A stretch of 51,772 nucleotides of DNA from Perkinsus olseni (lineage: Eukaryota), in contig JABANN010000219.1 of NCBI GenBank assembly GCA_013115125.1, forward strand, positions 1-51,772. The letters run 5' to 3'. Below are positions 1 to 11,038 of the stretch, piece by piece; position 1 is the stretch's first letter, and the number at the start of each line of letters is the position of its first letter. The notes under the pieces are model-generated. The model had not been told where the DNA came from and ran no database searches. It worked only from the letters and a program-made list of their open reading frames with translations. The translations under genes were made by a program, and so were the position numbers.

Positions 1-702
1 ACCAGAGTCCCAGTAATGACAGAGAAATCAAAAAAATACTGTATGTTCTATTATTTTGTAAGGGGGTTTACTTGATTACTTGGTCCTGTGTGTAGGTAAG
101 GAGTGTGTGAGGAGAGCAGTGGATTATGACGTAGCGGAGGATGTAATAAATAGGGGCGGCAAGGGGCGGATCGAACGCGCTGCTGAGGCTCCGGATGGGT
201 GTACAATAATACTCGGTATCCAGTTCTGAAGGACTGGTAAATTTGGGATCTCGTCTCAAGTCGGACGGGGTTTGGGTTACCCGGCTCGAGTTCGGGTCGC
301 AATTCCGGAGTACTTTCGGTACAGTCCAGATGGGTCAGGGCGGCAGCTTTAGAACCGCCCAAAGGCGTTTCAGTGGTTTTCTATGCAACTCTTAACATCA
401 GCGAGGAGGCGATCTTCCCAGGTTCTAGTAGAGCTGATCAAGTCGGAGGGCATGTGGGTGGACCCTCCGGAGCCTGAGACCAATTGAGGAGGCCTCAATG
501 CTCTTGCGCGAAGTTCTAGTTTTTTCTCGCGTCCTACTTTCCGATCAAGCGTATCGATGACAGTTTTGTTGTTTTTTTGAGTGGGACAATGGAAGGATTG
601 GTGTCGGGGTACCTGCTCACTTGGAAATGGTGTGATGGTTGTGGAAGAGGGGATGAGCATCGGTGTCGGTTTTCCAACGGCGACGGTTTTAGCGTATTTT
701 GA

Positions 703-3477
703 ATGGCCGGCACCTGCCCTGTCAACAGCAACTGTACATACCCCGACCTCTGCCAGAACGGGTTGCTCTTCGACAAGGTTATCCTGAGCGGGACATGTGT
801 CCTGTGTAGCCCCGAGAACATAAGGGAAGGGTACTATTGTTTTGAGGGCGAAGAGACTTTGTGTCCGAAGTCATATTACTGCCCGTGGACCGACGGAGCG
901 ACGCCGGTGAGGTGTCCGGAAGGATATTTCTGTCAATCTGGGTTTGCCGAGCCTAAGAAATGTGGGTGGTCGTCATACTGCCCGGCGGGGTCGTTCAGGG
1001 TCATACCTACTTGGTTTGGAATTCTCATAGTAGTGGTTATTGGTCTTGTGGTGACAGCGTTGACTCTGGGCATTTACTATTACCGCAGGTGGCGTATGAT
1101 GAGATCTGATAGGTATGGTAAAGCTCACCATAGGACCACTGAGGTGTATAATAGCGTGGTACAGTCGTTAACGGGAGTGTATTTGCAAGCTCAGAAGATG
1201 CAGGGGTTCACTAACGATATCAGATATTCTCCTGTGGATATCCGCTTTGAAGGGCTTACTATGAGGTTGAAGAAAGGGGGCAAGAAAATCCTGGACGATG
1301 TGAGTGGTTTATTCCCGCCGGGGTCGTTGGTGGCAGTGATGGGGCCGTCTGGAGGTGGTAAGACAACCTTCATGAACGCCCTGTCGAATCGAGCACCATA
1401 TGGAGATGTGACTGGAAAGATTTGGGTCAACGGTTTCGAAGGAAACTTTGGAGAGTATCCGAAACAACTCGGCTTCGTACCGCAGGATGATATTATGTTC
1501 GACCGGCTCACTGTGTATCAAAATCTTTATTACTCGGCTATGGTCCGGTTACCCGAAGATATGCCCCGGGAGAAGAAGTTGAAGATTATCGAGGATGTTA
1601 TTCAAGTCTTGGATCTTGAGCAAGTTCGACATACCATCGTGGGGTCGCCTGGGAGGAGGGGAATATCCGGTGGTCAGAAGAAGCGTGTTAATATCGGTAT
1701 CGAATTGGTGGCTTATCCCCGTGTATTATTCTTGGATGAGCCAACCTCTGGTTTGGATTCTGCTGCCAGTATGGCCGTTACTAAATGTTTGGCAAGAATG
1801 AGGACTTTGGGTATTACCGTCGTTTGTGTCATTCATCAGCCACGCTACGCCATCTTCAGACAGTTCACTCATTGTCTACTACTCGGCAAGGGTGGTAAAA
1901 CGGTGTATCTTGGGCGTACCAATGCCATTCAAGAGTACTTCACAAATCTCGGGTTTACCCTCCCTTCGGGCGAGAACGTAGCTGACTGGTTCATAGATAT
2001 CGTCACCGGTGCTCTCCCCCGCTGCAATCCTGACGGAACAGTCGATCGGCATTTCGACGCTGAGGCTCTCTTCGAAGCTTGGCGAGATCATACGGACAGG
2101 ATGTCGGACCCCTTCCGTGACGGGGGAAGAGCCCCTAAGTTGACCCACAAGAGACTTAATGGAACGATGACCATCACACTGGGGTCCTTTGATGACTCCA
2201 CCGACGGCGACCGAGTGCAATCTGCGGATGAGCTGGGCGAGAGGCTGTCGGAGATCCTCAAAGTTCAATGCGATCATCTCCTTACTGGCCACGACCTTTT
2301 CCGGCTTTGTCGTATTCTAGAAATCGAGTGCACTATCGAGGAAGCTCAGGGGCTTCACAGAGTCATGGCTGCTGAGAATGAGATACTTACCTGCGCGAGC
2401 TTCGCCGCCGCTATGTATGGCGAAGCGTCCGAGGAGGTGTCTATCCTCAGCCATATGGTACTGCCGGACTGCAGTCGATTGAAGGATCGCGAGATATCTT
2501 CTGTGTGGCGGCAATTTTTGATTTTCACTAACAGGAATATCGAGCTCATCTCGATTCCTCAGCTCTTCCTAGATCTGTCCCTGACGTTCATGGCGGCAGT
2601 CATCATTGGAGCGACCGTCAGCGGCCAGTCTGATTACGTGCTGGTGCCGAATAACCAGATGGTTGGGCTCATGTTCTTTGGTATCATGGTGGGAGCGGGG
2701 GCCCTTCAAGTGTACGGTAAAGAGAAGCTGATATTCAGTCGAGAGTCTTCGACGGGTATCTCTATCTTCGCCTACTGGCTGTCCAAAAGTTTCGTGAACT
2801 TATTTGACAACATTTTGGTGACCTTGATCTTCACCTCGACATGGTACCTCGTCACCACTCCCTCTTATCACATCGCCCATGGCTATGGAATCTTCCTCTG
2901 CTTTACCTGGTGGGTCACTGGATTTGCCCACCTCGTGACGGTGGTTTTCCCTACGGAGATCGCACTCTTGCTGTCGGTGATTGTGCCGACTCAATTCGTG
3001 ACGATGTTCGGCGGTGTGTCCCCGCCTGTGACTACGTTAAAGACGTTCCAGTTATGGGCTACTTATTTTGGTGTGGGGATTTACTCGGTGGAGCTCCTCA
3101 GCTTGGCGGAGTTCACAGCGTTACCCGATAATGTGCTGGAAATTGATGAAGTATTGGAGCTTTTCGACAAGCTGGATTACTCGACTGACCATATTCCTCG
3201 TGATTTCTTGGTCCTTGTTTTTGTTGGACTTGCATGGAGGCTGCTCACTCTCGCCTGGCTAGAGTTCATGCTCTGGTGGGGCCAGGCTGATTTACGCTGG
3301 ATCACCAACAAGTTCAAGTGCCGTAAATCTGCGGTATCGTCGTCGTCGTCGTCGTCGTCGTCGGACGAAGACATCCCTAGGGGTGTAGCGCTGGAGACGC
3401 TGCCCGTTCCAAAGGAGGAATCTCCTGGGTTGACCACTCCCGGTGAGAATTGTGATGGATCAGCTCCTTCCCGATAG
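703..3477 (+). CDS. ABCG-type half ABC transporter with N-terminal Cys-rich domain (copy 1, divergent paralog)
   Basis: Intronless 924-aa ORF. It has CPxxYYCP/CPEGYFC Cys-rich repeats, a TM helix, Walker A GPSGGGKT, signature ISGGQKKR, Walker B LFLDEPTSGLD, H-loop IHQP and a C-terminal multi-TM domain (NBD-TMD order typical of ABCG). Confidence 0.93.
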   Translation: MAGTCPVNSNCTYPDLCQNGLLFDKVILSGTCVLCSPENIREGYYCFEGEETLCPKSYYCPWTDGATPVRCPEGYFCQSGFAEPKKCGWSSYCPAGSFRVIPTWFGILIVVVIGLVVTALTLGIYYYRRWRMMRSDRYGKAHHRTTEVYNSVVQSLTGVYLQAQKMQGFTNDIRYSPVDIRFEGLTMRLKKGGKKILDDVSGLFPPGSLVAVMGPSGGGKTTFMNALSNRAPYGDVTGKIWVNGFEGNFGEYPKQLGFVPQDDIMFDRLTVYQNLYYSAMVRLPEDMPREKKLKIIEDVIQVLDLEQVRHTIVGSPGRRGISGGQKKRVNIGIELVAYPRVLFLDEPTSGLDSAASMAVTKCLARMRTLGITVVCVIHQPRYAIFRQFTHCLLLGKGGKTVYLGRTNAIQEYFTNLGFTLPSGENVADWFIDIVTGALPRCNPDGTVDRHFDAEALFEAWRDHTDRMSDPFRDGGRAPKLTHKRLNGTMTITLGSFDDSTDGDRVQSADELGERLSEILKVQCDHLLTGHDLFRLCRILEIECTIEEAQGLHRVMAAENEILTCASFAAAMYGEASEEVSILSHMVLPDCSRLKDREISSVWRQFLIFTNRNIELISIPQLFLDLSLTFMAAVIIGATVSGQSDYVLVPNNQMVGLMFFGIMVGAGALQVYGKEKLIFSRESSTGISIFAYWLSKSFVNLFDNILVTLIFTSTWYLVTTPSYHIAHGYGIFLCFTWWVTGFAHLVTVVFPTEIALLLSVIVPTQFVTMFGGVSPPVTTLKTFQLWATYFGVGIYSVELLSLAEFTALPDNVLEIDEVLELFDKLDYSTDHIPRDFLVLVFVGLAWRLLTLAWLEFMLWWGQADLRWITNKFKCRKSAVSSSSSSSSSDEDIPRGVALETLPVPKEESPGLTTPGENCDGSAPSR

Positions 3478-5144
3478 GCTCTTTTGTACCGGGTCGCGCC
3501 CACCGATTATATTCCCAACCGCTGCTATCTGTCGTTGAAGGCAGTCGTGGTCGGGATGCCGCGTATGTTAGTATTATTGTAGCAAATAATGATAAATGAT
3601 CTTCCGGGTAGTATTTCTGTACGTAGTGTTATTTGACCTTTGACTTTCATATTAGCTATATCTTGATTTTGCTTGTCGGTGGCTGTGGTGGAGTGGCCTC
3701 TATCAGGCGAGTGAACTAGATGATCCCGCGCCCGCAAATCGCTATAATTGTTCCCCCGCTGCACTCATTAAGTTAACCTTGGAGTCGGTACCCTCTCACA
3801 TAGCCGGGCTATAATTGTTGTGTTCAGTAGAATAACGTGGGGCGGTGGGAAGATGTGCTACGGCCCGCAGCCTGCGGGTTATTATAAGACTGAGGGTCAT
3901 TCGTAGTAGTCGCCGTCCTATGACCGGGCGTCTGAAGGGAGTGGATGTAATCGAACTGAATTCTTGCCGAGTGGCAGTCGTTCATTTTTTCCCGGAAATT
4001 TTTCTGCGGTTTCACATGGTGAATTCGACTGTTTTGGTCTCATTGCGAGAAGGCGTGGGATTCTATGGGGAACTCAGAATTTCCAAGGCCATTATGCCAG
4101 AGAGGCTGCACGTACTTGCTTACATGCAGTTTGACCTTTATCGGAGTTTCAGGGTTTTTCGAGGCCACTATGCCGAAGATTGGGCCTTTATCGTAGTACC
4201 AGCGTCTCTGAGGTCAGTATGTCGAAGAGTGGGCCTTTGTGGTCGTACCTGGATCTCTGACGCCAGCGAGATGGCGCCGTGTAGTCTCTCTGGCCACACA
4301 AACGTGCAGGCTGCACATACTCACGTACTGCACGACGCAGTCTGGATGTGTTGGATTCACTATGTGTGGTTTATCGTCGTCCGAGGAAAGTTGATGCGGT
4401 AGGCATCCGTTATGCTTATTAACAAATTCGTTTTCGATTGATGTCCATGACGTCAATGAAGATGCGCCCGTGGATACAGAATTACTAGGCAGTCCTCACG
4501 CCCATCCCGTCATGGCGGAAACGTCGAATTTAACATTTATGTATTCCGATAAACTTTCCTTCTCGGTGTAAAACGTGCGCGATCTCGCCTCGCGATGCAC
4601 GTACAGCTAGGGGACCTCTGGATCCTCAAGAGGAATGTTCCGTTAAGAGCTTCGGTCTGGATACTGGTTGACTCAAGAGCCATGAGCCGCGTGAGCAGAA
4701 AACTATATAGTTTGATTCGTTAGTCTTTCATGCCGAGTATTTTGTGGCGGTTTCGACAAAGGTAGATTGAATCGCTGATACGCTCACGAACATGTCCGCA
4801 TGCTGCACTCATACAGGACTGGCGCATGCGAAGTCGCTGCACTCATCCAAAGATTCATCTCTATCGCTCGCCTACTTCGAGACACTCTGCCTGTGACCCG
4901 ATGAGTTAACACGAGAGTTATCTTCGGCTCTGTGGCACTGTATTGTGTTAACTATGGGACAAGAACCTCGGAATCTCGATGGACTGTGCGTCCTGAGGTT
5001 GGTGTTTTCTTGGGCAGCTGTCGCCGTTCACCCCTCCCCGCTGTCTGCGGAACTTGTTTGCTGGCGTCGCTTCCCACTGTTCCCAGTGCGAGTTTGCGAG
5101 ATCGTAGTCGGAATTCTCGGATTATTTCGTCGTCATGAGAACTG

Positions 5145-8048
5145 ATGCCCACAGAGAGTTCGACATTCTCAGGGTTGTTTGATTTCAAGCCCTCAGTGTC
5201 TCGAATGTCGAACGGCGGTTACTGCCCCATTGGTGGTAAATGCAACAATCCAGAATACTGTGCTGAAGGCTCGATCTTCGAGCAGTCCAATCAAGCGGGA
5301 GTATGCCGGAGCTGCGGGCTGGACGTGGTTAAAGCAGGGTACTACTGTGCTAACGGGACGAGTTCAATCTGCCCGCCGGGGTACTTCTGTCCGATTGCGG
5401 GTACGTCCGGTCCCATCCCTTGTCCCAAGGGATACTTCTGCAAACAAGGCTTCGCGGAGCCTGTGTCCTGCCCTTGGTATTCCCAATGCCCGCGAGGGGC
5501 AACTAATCAGATCCCCACCTGGGGAGCGATCTTCATCATCGTTGTGATTGGTGTTATCGTCGGGGCACTTAGTGTCTGGCTTTGGTTCTATCGCCGTCGG
5601 AAGGAAAGAAATGCTACTTCCCAAGGAGTAGCGCATCAGAGCACCACGGAGATCTACAACAGTGTCGTCCAAGCTCTCACTGGCGTGTACCTACAGTCTC
5701 AGAGGATGCAGGGGTTTACTAATGATATAAAGTACACTCCAGTGGACATTCGGTTTGAGCACTTGTCGATGACTCTCAAATGGGGCACTCGACGGCAGAT
5801 CCTCCAGGATGTTACGGGTGAATTCCCGGCAGGCTCGCTATCAGCAGTGATGGGACCGTCTGGAGGTGGTAAGACAACCTTCATGAACGCCCTGTCGAAT
5901 CGAGCACCATATGGGGATGTGACTGGAAAGATTTGGGTCAACGGTTTCGAAGGAAACTTTGGAGAGTATCCGAAACAACTCGGCTTCGTACCGCAGGATG
6001 ATATCATGTTCGACCGGCTCACTGTGTATCAAAATCTTTATTACTCGGCTATGGTCCGGTTGCCCGAAGATATGCCCCGGGAGAAGAAGTTGAAGATCAT
6101 CGAGGATGTTATTCAAGTCTTAGATCTTGAGCAAGTTCGACACACCATCGTGGGGTCGCCTGGGAAGAGGGGAATATCCGGTGGTCAGAAGAAGCGTGTT
6201 AATATCGGTATCGAATTGGTGGCTTATCCCCGTGTATTATTCTTGGATGAGCCAACCTCTGGTTTGGATTCTGCTGCCAGTATGGCCGTTACTAAATGTT
6301 TGGCAAGAATGAGGACTTTGGGTATTACCGTCGTTTGTGTCATTCATCAGCCACGCTACGCCATCTTCAGGCAGTTCACTCATTGTCTACTACTCGGCAA
6401 GGGTGGTCGGACAGTATACGTCGGCAAGACCAGCCAGGCCGAGGACTACTTCATTAGGCACGGCTTCCGCATACCCAGAGGGGAAAACGTTGCGGATTGG
6501 TTCATCGACATTATCTCCGGTGGCGTTGATCATCACTTACCCGATGGTTCAGTCGATAGGGACTTTAAGAAAGAAGATCTATTCGATTACTGGACGGATT
6601 ATCAGGCGCAGCTGGCCGAGCATCCTGAAGAACTTCGGCCAGAGCCTCTATTCTCTCGGACAATCTCTGTTCGACAACTTGGCGCTACGACTTCCGAGAG
6701 TAGCGGAGCCAACGAGAGCTTGGTAGACCTCAGGAACAGACTCTGTGAGCTGTTGGATGCCGAGCCGGATGACGATTTGACCCCCCAACAATTATACCGT
6801 CTGGCGAGGCTGTTCGAGATCGAATGCGACATGTCTGAGGCACGCGAGCTCTACCGAGTCTTGAAGGCTGAGCAAGGCGAGGTGACCTGTGAGAGCTTCG
6901 CTGCTATGATACATGGAGGCGCCACAGAGCAAGTTCATCTTGAGAGTCGGCAGGTTTTACCCGATCTTAGTCGATTAAAAGATCGGCAGATCGCCACCGT
7001 TGGTCAACAGTTGGGGCATTTCGTATCCCGGAATGTGGCGCTGATCTCGCTCGGTCAGGTCTTCCTCGATCTTTGTCTCAATTTCTTGTCTGCTGTTATT
7101 ATCGGTACGACTGTTCAGCGAACCAACGGTTATGATATGATGGCCAACAACAATATGATGGGTTTGATGTTTTTCGCCATTATGATTGGCTCTGGCTCAT
7201 TACAGGTCTACGGTTTCGAGTTCCTCGCTTTCGAGCGAGACGCTTCTGCTGGTACTTCTGTTTTGGCCTATTGGGCGTCGAAGACGTTGTGCCACCTCGT
7301 CGATACTTTCCTATTCACTTTGATATTCACTGCTACATGGTATCTCACCATTCAGGCCAACTATGACAGTGCATACGGGTACTGTATATTCTTTATCTTT
7401 GCCTGGTGGGTTACAGGCTTCGGGCAGCTTATGACGGTGGTCTTTCCCTTTGCAATATCATTGCTGTTGGCTGTCATCGTGCCGGTGGAGTTTGTGACTA
7501 TGTTTGGTGGCGTGTCGCCTCCCATTAGCTCCGATGGCTTCTTCCAGAAGGCTGCGACTTATTTTGGCTGCGGGTATTATGCGACGGAGCTCCTCACTAT
7601 GGCGGAGTTCACTGCTTTACCTTCGAACATCTTGGATCTGGATGACGTGGCGGAGACCGTCCACAGCCTCAAATACGGCACTCCCTACTATGTTCTCCGT
7701 GACTTTTGCATATTATTCGGCATGGGCCTCATATGGAGGTTGTTCACTCTTGCCTGGCTGGAGATCATAGTCAAGTATCGTAGAGATGGTCTGGATTCAA
7801 TGTTGCCGTTGGTTGCTCATTTGATCGATTACTTCAACACCAAGTTCAACCCTGTTGTAACTGATCCGGATAGTCACAGAACGAGTGGCCCTCCTAAGCA
7901 CTCTCAATACCGAGAGGCTAACACCTCGGAAACTGGAGGCGAGACCACCAGCGAGACGAGCGGGAGTTCCTCGTTCTCGAGGAGTATTAGCGCCGGCGGT
8001 GTGCGGACGAGACGTGCGACCAGCAGCCAGATATCCAGCGCGGTATAG
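5145..8048 (+). CDS. ABCG-type half ABC transporter with N-terminal Cys-rich domain (copy 2)
   Basis: Intronless ORF with the same motifs as copy 1. Alignment with copy 3 and an upstream CCTCAG acceptor-like site suggest the real start is the ATG at 5205 (MSNGGYCP). Confidence 0.93.
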   Translation: MPTESSTFSGLFDFKPSVSRMSNGGYCPIGGKCNNPEYCAEGSIFEQSNQAGVCRSCGLDVVKAGYYCANGTSSICPPGYFCPIAGTSGPIPCPKGYFCKQGFAEPVSCPWYSQCPRGATNQIPTWGAIFIIVVIGVIVGALSVWLWFYRRRKERNATSQGVAHQSTTEIYNSVVQALTGVYLQSQRMQGFTNDIKYTPVDIRFEHLSMTLKWGTRRQILQDVTGEFPAGSLSAVMGPSGGGKTTFMNALSNRAPYGDVTGKIWVNGFEGNFGEYPKQLGFVPQDDIMFDRLTVYQNLYYSAMVRLPEDMPREKKLKIIEDVIQVLDLEQVRHTIVGSPGKRGISGGQKKRVNIGIELVAYPRVLFLDEPTSGLDSAASMAVTKCLARMRTLGITVVCVIHQPRYAIFRQFTHCLLLGKGGRTVYVGKTSQAEDYFIRHGFRIPRGENVADWFIDIISGGVDHHLPDGSVDRDFKKEDLFDYWTDYQAQLAEHPEELRPEPLFSRTISVRQLGATTSESSGANESLVDLRNRLCELLDAEPDDDLTPQQLYRLARLFEIECDMSEARELYRVLKAEQGEVTCESFAAMIHGGATEQVHLESRQVLPDLSRLKDRQIATVGQQLGHFVSRNVALISLGQVFLDLCLNFLSAVIIGTTVQRTNGYDMMANNNMMGLMFFAIMIGSGSLQVYGFEFLAFERDASAGTSVLAYWASKTLCHLVDTFLFTLIFTATWYLTIQANYDSAYGYCIFFIFAWWVTGFGQLMTVVFPFAISLLLAVIVPVEFVTMFGGVSPPISSDGFFQKAATYFGCGYYATELLTMAEFTALPSNILDLDDVAETVHSLKYGTPYYVLRDFCILFGMGLIWRLFTLAWLEIIVKYRRDGLDSMLPLVAHLIDYFNTKFNPVVTDPDSHRTSGPPKHSQYREANTSETGGETTSETSGSSSFSRSISAGGVRTRRATSSQISSAV

Positions 8049-8553
8049 ATGGCCTCCGCCTCGAAGACGTCCGTTTATAGTATTCTTTGTCTTTGTCTTG
8101 TTTCCCATCTACACTAGTGTGTATACTTCCACCGATTCGAGGAAATGAGCTTTCGCAAGCTCCTACGAGCAATCGCTCTGTCACATTGAATTTCATGCTG
8201 GCGGGTGCCGGGCGATCGGAGAGCGCTCGTTATGATTGTCGGAGCAAGCGGCAGCTGCTGAGTGATCTGGGCACCATGTTTGTGCTTGAGTGGGCCGCTG
8301 CCATCACTGCTCTTGTCCTGGTAGATCCCACCCTTTGTGAGGCAGTACCGTTACTATTACCAATGATTTTGAAGCTGTATGATGTGTATGTTTCTATCAA
8401 TATTATTAATTGCCACTCTCCCTGAGAGATATGCCGAGAGTACGTATCAGAGTTGTCATCATGCTAACGGGTATATATAGGAGTGCCTCTGAGACGTGGA
8501 TAGTTGCGAGCTCCGCAACTGCAGTTACTGCAGTGCAGTAGTTGAACTACTTA

Positions 8554-9533
8554 CAGTGCGAACCAAACCGTTACGTATATCACTTTTGAAGAAAATTTGG
8601 TCAATCAGGAGGCTTTATTTACGAGATTTTCAAAATATTCTGATGAAAACAGTAAAAAGCGATTGGAAACGTTTCAGAACCGTTTCATGATCCATTGCTA
8701 TGGGCAAGCGAGAATTTGCGGACCCTGCTGGCCGACCCAAACCGTTATACAACTCAATCATGCTGGGCTATTCTGGGACCTACCGTTGATTCACATTCAT
8801 GAGCCAACATGGTCGGCACGAAATTGGAGGAGCCTCTCAGCAGGTCTATCCATGGAACATGTTAGCTTTCGGACATCCTCTGCCGTCGCCTCCTTCGCCG
8901 CCTTCTGGACCGCACACCACGGTTTATCCGTGGTGTCGAACTGAGAGTCTTGACGATATATCGCTCTAAAATGAAAGGAGAAGTCTATAGAGCAGCGCAG
9001 GAGACTCAATTATCTCTTTAAAAGGCTCCAGTAGCCAGTCGCTTTGAATATATCCTTGGTGGTCCCCAACGGTTGCATGGCCATCGCACGCTTCAGCCCG
9101 GTCTTCTCTCAAGCATGTGAGGGGCTTTTTCGTGGGCCCGCGGTGCTCCTCGGGGGTTTCTGGAGGTTAGCCGCTAGCTACGAACGTCTCGGTCGTACGA
9201 TGATCTCGCCTCAAGATCTTCGAAATTTCCAAGGCAGTTTCCCCAGCAGCGAGCAACTCTACTATCCCAGCACGTTCAGGGTTGTCCAGGTGGCTTCCGC
9301 GGCTCATTTGCGCACAAAAAGACCGAGTTGCATAACAATTTGACTCGGTCAGAAGGGTCCGGAAATTTTCGCTCGCCCATAGCATGACAATAGATGATGA
9401 AACGGTTCCGAAACGTTCTCATTCGATTTTTACTGTTACAATCATTACATTTTCCAAAGCTCCTGAAAGAACTCTCCTAATTGAGCAAGTTATCTTTGAA
9501 AAGGTGATTTGCGTGACGGTTTGGTTCGCAGTG
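8554..9533 (-). mobile_element. Internally deleted Tc1/mariner DNA transposon with long (~200 bp) imperfect TIRs
   Basis: Left end TA|CAGTGCGAACCAAACCGTTACG and right end CGTGACGGTTTGGTTCGCAGTG|TA, so TA target duplications flank it. Inverted similarity extends over ~8554-8757 versus ~9325-9533, and transposase fragments lie inside. Confidence 0.88.
8797..9307 (-). pseudogene. Tc1-family transposase remnant (N-terminal HTH joined to C-terminus, DDE core deleted)
   Basis: The translation reads MSRGSHLDNPERAGIVELLAAGETALEISKILRRDHRT...LKRAMAMQPLGTTKDIFKATG, then jumps to YWSLLKR...IYRQDSQFDTTDKPWCAVQKAAKEATAEDVRKLTCSMDR. These resemble Tc1 transposase N- and C-termini, with frameshifts and stops. 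Confidence 0.8.
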
Positions 9534-10966
9534 TACAACAGAGTCTTTGGAATGAACATCCATACGAGATTCGAGGATTAGCCTGGTTGCATCCCTTGTC
9601 GTTCGGTGAATCCTGAGATGCAGGACCTGAATGGGGGGTCGGGCGCGGTCACTGAGAATATTGGTCGCCGACAAAAGAATGGCGAGTTGGTGACCCATTA
9701 GAACAGTGAACCCTCATCTTGGGTGGAAGATCCCGGTCCTAAACGTATTCGAAGTTTGTTCGCCGGGCCAGCGACTCGCGCAATGGACCCCCAGAGCGGA
9801 ACCTTACGATCCTTCTTTCTTCGCTTGAGCTTCACTCTTCTTGGCCGCCCTAGGGAGTGGATGCGCAAAACCCTTGCGGCATGAGTTTGACGTAATGGCC
9901 AGTATTGGTCAGATAGAATCTTACTGAGTCAGTAATACTGAGTGGTATCCCAGGCATCTCACAGCCTGAGCGCGTGAAATATCACGGTTCCAGACTCATA
10001 TGTGGCGTTGCGGGAGACTCACGTCTTCGCTAGATTTTTGGCTCAAAAACATGACAGCGATGACGTCGACGGCTCCCTCGGAATGTGTGATTCCACGATT
10101 TTATATTGTTGAAACGCCTCAAGAACAGCTAGTAAGAGTGCGATGGCTCCCGATTGAAGATTGTCGCGTCGATGCTCGAGCGAGGGAGGGTATATTCGAC
10201 GATTTCCTAGTTCGCGAGAGGAACGCCTTTTGTCATGTTGATCTTGAAATTTGTTTGTTGCCAGCTGAGGCAAGAAGAGACCTATCGATGCGCTCAGGGA
10301 GCTGCGGAGAAAGTGCCAACACGAGACGATTTGGTGAGATATGGAATTCTTAGCCGATGACCTCCATCGCTACCGTCGCCACCCGGTAGCGGCTAGCATT
10401 GTACTTTCCTGTCCTTATACATGTCAGTCTCTGTTGGCTTGCGAATGAGTCCGAGAAATTCGCCGTTTTGAAGGTAACGCTGATGCTGATTGTTAAGGAG
10501 GTGGGATCGATCGAGAGCACTCCTCATGGTTCTTGGGCAACCGACCTGGTACTCACCTATGACGACTACCGGAAGGTCGTTGATGATGAGAGATTATCGT
10601 AAGCTCGTCAGCGTATGACATGCGATGGGAAGTGATCCGCGGATGGTCTGTAACTTGCACTCGAGTCAGTCACTCCTTCGAGCAACTAGCGTGGGACCAG
10701 TATGGCCGCTCCAGTCGGCCTTCAGGCTGAAGGCCATATTTGCCTTTTATCCGGTTAGGCTTGTTGTATTGCGCCATCGTGAGGGCTAGGTTTTTAGGGG
10801 GCTTTCTCTTGTTTGTCTCAGAGAGCGAGTACGACACCTGTTGACTCCGGTCGTGTTCCTCCAATTACCGCAGAGTGAGGCTGGAGAGGGAACGGTCTCT
10901 GGAATGCGACTGTAGGTGAAGCGGTCTTTTGTATCTCTCCCAGCGGCAGATTCGTTTGCTATTCGT

Positions 10967-11038
10967 GTCGCTATCGTCTAGTGGTTAGGACGTCACGTTG
11001 TGGCCGTGACAACCCCGGTTCAAATCCGGGTAGCGACT
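10967..11038 (+). tRNA. tRNA-His (GTG)
   Basis: Clean cloverleaf: acceptor GTCGCTA/TAGCGAC, D arm with AGTGGTTAGGAC, anticodon stem TCACG/CGTGA with loop TT-GTG-GC, T arm CCCGG-TTCAAAT-CCGGG. Confidence 0.95.

Noticed and set aside
253-340. Partial resemblance to an FMN riboswitch (GGACGGGGT...AATTCCGGAG...CGGTACAGTCCAGATGGG) upstream of ABCG copy 1
   Set aside because: The conserved GAAATTCCC and CGGT..AG.CCGCGA segments are missing, it lies 38 kb from the rib genes, and TCGAGTTCGGGTCG recurs at ~16821, which suggests a repeat. An Infernal search with the Rfam FMN model would settle it.
3337-3363. (TCG)n microsatellite
   Set aside because: It simply encodes a poly-Ser run in the low-complexity C-terminal tail of ABCG copy 1.
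10028-10047. TAGATTTTTGGCTCAAA resembling the 3' end of the dinoflagellate/Perkinsus spliced leader
   Set aside because: Only about 11 nt match, it lacks CCGTAGCC and the terminal AAG, and no recognisable gene or SL-RNA intron follows.
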